Below are positions 6,271-10,036 of a stretch of DNA of 10,036 bases, in pieces. Within the stretch, counting starts at the first letter, position 1; each line of letters opens with the position of its first letter. The DNA comes from Hadesarchaea archaeon (GTDB taxonomy: Archaea > Hadarchaeota > Hadarchaeia > Hadarchaeales > Hadarchaeaceae): assembly GCA_030619825.1 (NCBI GenBank), contig JAUXAS010000031.1, positions 1-10,036 on the forward strand, given 5' to 3'. The notes under the pieces were generated by a model that was not told the DNA's origin, did not search any database, and worked only from the letters and a program-made list of their open reading frames with translations. The position numbers were made by a program, and so were the translations under genes.

Positions 6271-6278
6271 CTTAAAAA
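6271..6278. promoter_or_regulatory. Single TATA-like element between the divergent yjjX and metE-like genes
   Basis: CTTAAAAA (minus strand TTTTTAAG) is the only AT-rich box in the 57-nt spacer, about 25 nt from each start codon. Confidence 0.5.
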
Positions 6279-6303
6279 CACCACGCCCACTTAGTTTGGT
6301 ACG

Positions 6304-7287
6304 ATGGAAATCTTAACCGCAAGCGCTGGCAGCTACCCGCGGATAGGTAGCCGTCCCGAGCAGCAACGTCACCGCCAGGCTTACGCGCAGTGGGAGCGGG
6401 GCGAGATATCAAGCGAGGAGTTCGAGCGCGTTCAGGACGAGGTCACTCGCGAGGTCATCGAGGAGCAGGTGCGGGCCGGGCTCGACGTGGTCACCGATGG
6501 GCAGGTGAGGTGGTACGACCTCATCTCTCACTTTACACGAAAACTTGAGGGATGCAAGATTGACGGTTTGCTCCGATTTTTCGACACTAACTCTTACTTC
6601 CGCCAGCCCGTGGTGGTCGGCGAGGTGCGGTGGCTCGAGCCCGTGATCAAGAGGGAGTTCCTCTTTGCGAAGAAAATCTCGTCGGCACCCGTGAAACCGG
6701 TCATGATAGGTCCTTACACGCTCGCGAAGCTCTCGATCAACCGACGCGGGGTGGGGTTAGCCGAGCTCGCGCATGAGTTCGCTGGAGCTATATCGCTGGA
6801 GGTTAGCGAACTCGCGAATGCAGGGGCCAAGTTGATTCAGATCGATGAACCGGCAATTTTGAAGAACCCAAACGATTTTCAAACATTCGAGCATGCGATT
6901 GAAAAAATTGTGGCTGAAAAAAATGGGACGATGCTCCTCATTCATACTTACTTCGGCGATGCTGCACCCCTTTACAAAAAGCTCGTGAAGTTGCCCGTGG
7001 AGGCGCTGGGGTTTGATTTCACCTACAGCCCGCGGTTGCCAGAAGTGATCGCGAGACTAGGCTGCGAGAAGGAACTCGGGCTGGGGCTTATCGATGGGCG
7101 AAACACTAGGCTAGAAAGCGAACGAGAAGTGCTTGATGTGTTGAAGAAAATTTTACCGAACGTCGGATCCAAACGTGTGTACCTCAGCCCTTCCTGTGGG
7201 TTGGGCGAGTACCTGCCACGGGAAATAGCCTTCAAGAAACTGCAAAACATGATCGCGATCGCCGAGAAGGCTGGGGAGCTGATTTGA
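6304..7287 (+). CDS. Cobalamin-independent methionine synthase, split-MetE subunit 1 (N-terminal-half-like, probably non-catalytic)
   Basis: GSYPR, TDGQVRW, RFFDTNSYFRQP, GPYT, QIDEP, IDGRNT and PSCGL. It has HTYFG in place of the Zn-binding HxC. Confidence 0.85.
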   Translation: MEILTASAGSYPRIGSRPEQQRHRQAYAQWERGEISSEEFERVQDEVTREVIEEQVRAGLDVVTDGQVRWYDLISHFTRKLEGCKIDGLLRFFDTNSYFRQPVVVGEVRWLEPVIKREFLFAKKISSAPVKPVMIGPYTLAKLSINRRGVGLAELAHEFAGAISLEVSELANAGAKLIQIDEPAILKNPNDFQTFEHAIEKIVAEKNGTMLLIHTYFGDAAPLYKKLVKLPVEALGFDFTYSPRLPEVIARLGCEKELGLGLIDGRNTRLESEREVLDVLKKILPNVGSKRVYLSPSCGLGEYLPREIAFKKLQNMIAIAEKAGELI

Positions 7288-8294
7288 TGCGCGAGAAGTT
7301 AAAAAAATTCGGACTCGAGCTACCTTTGCTGCCGACGACGAGCGTGGGGAGTTACCCGAAACCCCCCCACCTGCTCGAGGCTCGACTAAAATTCGTTGCC
7401 GGGAAACTGGACGCTGAGGAGCTCCACCGGCTCGAGGAGCAAACGACGCGTGAGTGGGTCGCACTTCAGGAGGAGGTCGGGCTAGATGTGTTCGTCGATG
7501 GGGAAATGTACCGCGGGGATATGACGACTTACTTCGCTCGAAACCTCGAGGGCTTCAAAATCAGTGGACTTGTTCGCTCCTACGGCAACCGCTATTATCG
7601 AAAACCGATCATCGTTGGTGAAGTACGATGGCGGGGACCGATAACCGTCGAGTGGTGGAAGTTCACCCAGGGGCTCACGCGCAAACCGGTCAAGGGGGTG
7701 GTCACGGGGCCCTACACGATGATGGACTGGTCGTTCAACGAGTACTACCCGACACGTCGCGACGCATGTCTGGCGCTCGCGAAAGCTCTACACGAGGAGG
7801 TGAAAGCGCTGGCGAAAGCGGGTGCGAAGATAATCCAAGTTGACGAACCCGCGATCTCAGCTCGGCCCGAGGAGCTCCCGGAGTTCGCGATCAAAGCGAT
7901 GCAGATGGTCACCCGGGGTGTCGATGCATATTTCATCAGCCACATCTGTTACGGGGCATTCGAGTTCATCTACCCCGGGATGCTCGAGCTTCCAGTAGAC
8001 AACTTCGACCTCGAGATGTCGAACTCAGAGCTTGACCTGATCGAGCTGTTCCGCGAGCACCCGTTCAGCAAAGACCTCTCGTTCGGCGTAGTCGATGTAC
8101 ACTCGCACGTGGTTGAAGACACGACAACGGTGGAGCAGCGCATCCGGCGGGCCCTTGAGGTGTTGCGCCCTGAGCAACTCTGGATCGATCCGGACTGTGG
8201 GCTAAAGACGCGAACACGTGATGAAACGGTTAGTAAACTTCGGGCAATTGTGAGTGCGACGAAAAAAGTTAGAAAAAGCCTGAAGGTGCCCTAG
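7287..8294 (+). CDS. metE: Cobalamin-independent methionine synthase, split-MetE subunit 2 (Zn/homocysteine-binding catalytic half)
   Basis: PTTSVGSYPKP, DGEMYRGDM, VRSYGNRYYRKP, QVDEPA, HICYG, LEMSN, GVVDVH and PDCGLKTR. ATG 7287 (TGATG overlap, SD GGGGAG) is preferred over TTG 7284. Confidence 0.92.
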   Translation: MREKLKKFGLELPLLPTTSVGSYPKPPHLLEARLKFVAGKLDAEELHRLEEQTTREWVALQEEVGLDVFVDGEMYRGDMTTYFARNLEGFKISGLVRSYGNRYYRKPIIVGEVRWRGPITVEWWKFTQGLTRKPVKGVVTGPYTMMDWSFNEYYPTRRDACLALAKALHEEVKALAKAGAKIIQVDEPAISARPEELPEFAIKAMQMVTRGVDAYFISHICYGAFEFIYPGMLELPVDNFDLEMSNSELDLIELFREHPFSKDLSFGVVDVHSHVVEDTTTVEQRIRRALEVLRPEQLWIDPDCGLKTRTRDETVSKLRAIVSATKKVRKSLKVP

Positions 8295-8317
8295 AACTAG
8301 GAAGATGAGATGAGTAT

Positions 8318-10036
8318 ATGCTGCGGAAGGAGGTTATTTTCGCCGTCATAGTAGCCGTCGCTGCCGCATTTTTGACATCCATTATATTTCTAATAATGCC
8401 TAGAGGAGAAGAAATATCGGTCGCTGAATTCGAGGAGTTCGGTGAGTCGTTCATTTACATCGACGCAGACGGCAACGCTAACTGTCGCTTATTAATGCAA
8501 CTGCCACCGTCCCAACTCTCCAGCTTTATGAAACAGATTACCGGGTTGATAGGTGCAGATGTTATGACACAATCATACACAGAGTCTATTCGGTCTGCAT
8601 ATGCGAGATATGGTCTTGAAGTAGATAACATCAGTTGCGAGGTGACCGGGCTCGGCGCCGAGGAGAATTTCAAAGTTGTTCTTACATGGGAGACACCCAA
8701 CATAGCGCGCTGGTCGGATAATGAATGGACGATAAATTTCAGCTGGGTCGACAACCAAAGCGCGGCCAAGGAGACCATCGTTGGGGAGGAATCAACTTGG
8801 ATTCTCGTCCGCAGCATCGCTCAGACAGTTGGAATCGATGTTGCCTTTTATCGGCGCTCGTACCAAAGCGTGATGGTTCTCCCGGAGGGTGCTGAAAATG
8901 TTTACTCCGCGATGTTTGATTCTCATGAGTTCACCGATTATGGTGGAGGATCTTACGGTGAGGCCTCTGTGTACCTCGGACAGGTCAATGGTAGACCAGC
9001 CGTCATAGAAAACGGTATGACTTTAACCGGTACCGAAAATGAGATTACCATAACCCCACAGCAGTTCCTCGAACAATACTTGGTGTACACCATAAGCTAT
9101 GAAGGTATTTCCCCCGAGAACCCCTCATTTATCGGCTCTTTAGAGCAAGTTCGTCTAGAGCTAAAATACGGACGAGAACTCAGCGATTACTATTTGATAT
9201 ACAGCGAGGGTTCTTGGTATTCCCTCTCTCCTGCCCAAGTGTTGTATTACGCTGCCGATGCCATCACAGTCATAGACCAAAATGGCCAATTTTTGATCCA
9301 GCAACCCATCGAAAATGCCACCCCGCCAGATAACGAGAACGGCGATTGGGGGGCATCTTGGAGGAATCTCTCGAAAAACGATTACGTCGGTCTAGCGCAA
9401 ACAGTTCGCGACGACATAAAATCCACCGGCAAGGCACCGGGCGCCATCGAAACTCCAATTGGAAAAATCCGATTTAGAGACGCCCTGTTCACCTTTACCA
9501 GAATTCTCTCATCCTACAAGAAAAACGAGGAGTTACCAAGTGAGCTCACCTTCTCAACCGTCCCTAATGGAGAATTAACTCAAGGTGATAACCAAGTTCC
9601 CGCAAATTACACATACTTCCTGCTTCCCGACACCTATGTGATCACGGATACCAGCAGGGTGAATGAAGTGCTGGACAATGTCTACGAGGTCGACTACGAC
9701 AACAGGAAGCTTGCCGAGGAAATCTGTAACTGGACCGGCACCAACCTCACCTACGGCTTATCGTTCGTTCCGCCAACATCCGAAGAGGTTTTGGTGTCTA
9801 GGGAGGGCCAGTGCAGGGACTATACAAACGTCTACCTTGCCCTAACTAGGACCGCCGGGGTGCCCGCTAGAAGAGTGAGCGGGTGGGTCGTTTCAACGTG
9901 GCGGCCGCCCGCGGGTTGGGAGTTCACCGTTGGAACTACGCCCGAAGGGAAAACTGTCGCGAGCCATGCGTGGGTTCAAGTGTATTTGCCCGACGAGGGA
10001 TGGGTGCCCTTGGAGCCGCAGTCTAAGAAGCCACGT
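8318..10036 (+). CDS. Membrane-anchored/secreted transglutaminase-like (cysteine protease fold) protein with pseudomurein-binding-repeat-like segments; 3'-truncated by the window edge
   Basis: Hand translation gives 573 open codons from ATG 8318. It starts MLRKEVIFAVIVAVAAAFLTSIIFLIM (signal/TM) and ends with GQCRDY...LTRTAGVPARRVSG...SHAWVQVYLPDEGWVPLEP. It is missing from the ORF track because there is no stop in the window. Confidence 0.9.
   Translation, partial: MLRKEVIFAVIVAVAAAFLTSIIFLIMPRGEEISVAEFEEFGESFIYIDADGNANCRLLMQLPPSQLSSFMKQITGLIGADVMTQSYTESIRSAYARYGLEVDNISCEVTGLGAEENFKVVLTWETPNIARWSDNEWTINFSWVDNQSAAKETIVGEESTWILVRSIAQTVGIDVAFYRRSYQSVMVLPEGAENVYSAMFDSHEFTDYGGGSYGEASVYLGQVNGRPAVIENGMTLTGTENEITITPQQFLEQYLVYTISYEGISPENPSFIGSLEQVRLELKYGRELSDYYLIYSEGSWYSLSPAQVLYYAADAITVIDQNGQFLIQQPIENATPPDNENGDWGASWRNLSKNDYVGLAQTVRDDIKSTGKAPGAIETPIGKIRFRDALFTFTRILSSYKKNEELPSELTFSTVPNGELTQGDNQVPANYTYFLLPDTYVITDTSRVNEVLDNVYEVDYDNRKLAEEICNWTGTNLTYGLSFVPPTSEEVLVSREGQCRDYTNVYLALTRTAGVPARRVSGWVVSTWRPPAGWEFTVGTTPEGKTVASHAWVQVYLPDEGWVPLEPQSKKPR

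Noticed and set aside
6757..9845. Short ORFs inside the metE pair and the transglutaminase-like gene
   Set aside because: They are explained as shadows of the long plus-strand frames; the 8318 frame stays open to the window end.

Overview
Archaeal genomic DNA. The window starts in the 3' part of a divergent TATA-binding protein gene, followed by a possible structured ncRNA and a small orphan ORF. Next is an atypical intron-containing tRNA-Asp(GUC) with A15-U48 (minus strand, 1039-1131). It faces a predicted ~55-nt small RNA (plus strand, 920-974) whose first 19 nt are exactly antisense to the spliced anticodon arm of that tRNA; this pair is the most striking signal in the window. A minus-strand operon follows with a bacterial-PH-domain membrane protein, mevalonate kinase, a UbiD-family decarboxylase and both AcnX subunits, i.e. 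the core of the archaeal (Aeropyrum-type) mevalonate pathway. Then come a YjjX-type ITPase/XTPase, a divergently transcribed split MetE pair, and a membrane-anchored transglutaminase-like protein with pseudomurein-binding-repeat-like segments that runs off the right end and is absent from the ORF track. All calls come from reading motifs by eye; no searches were run.
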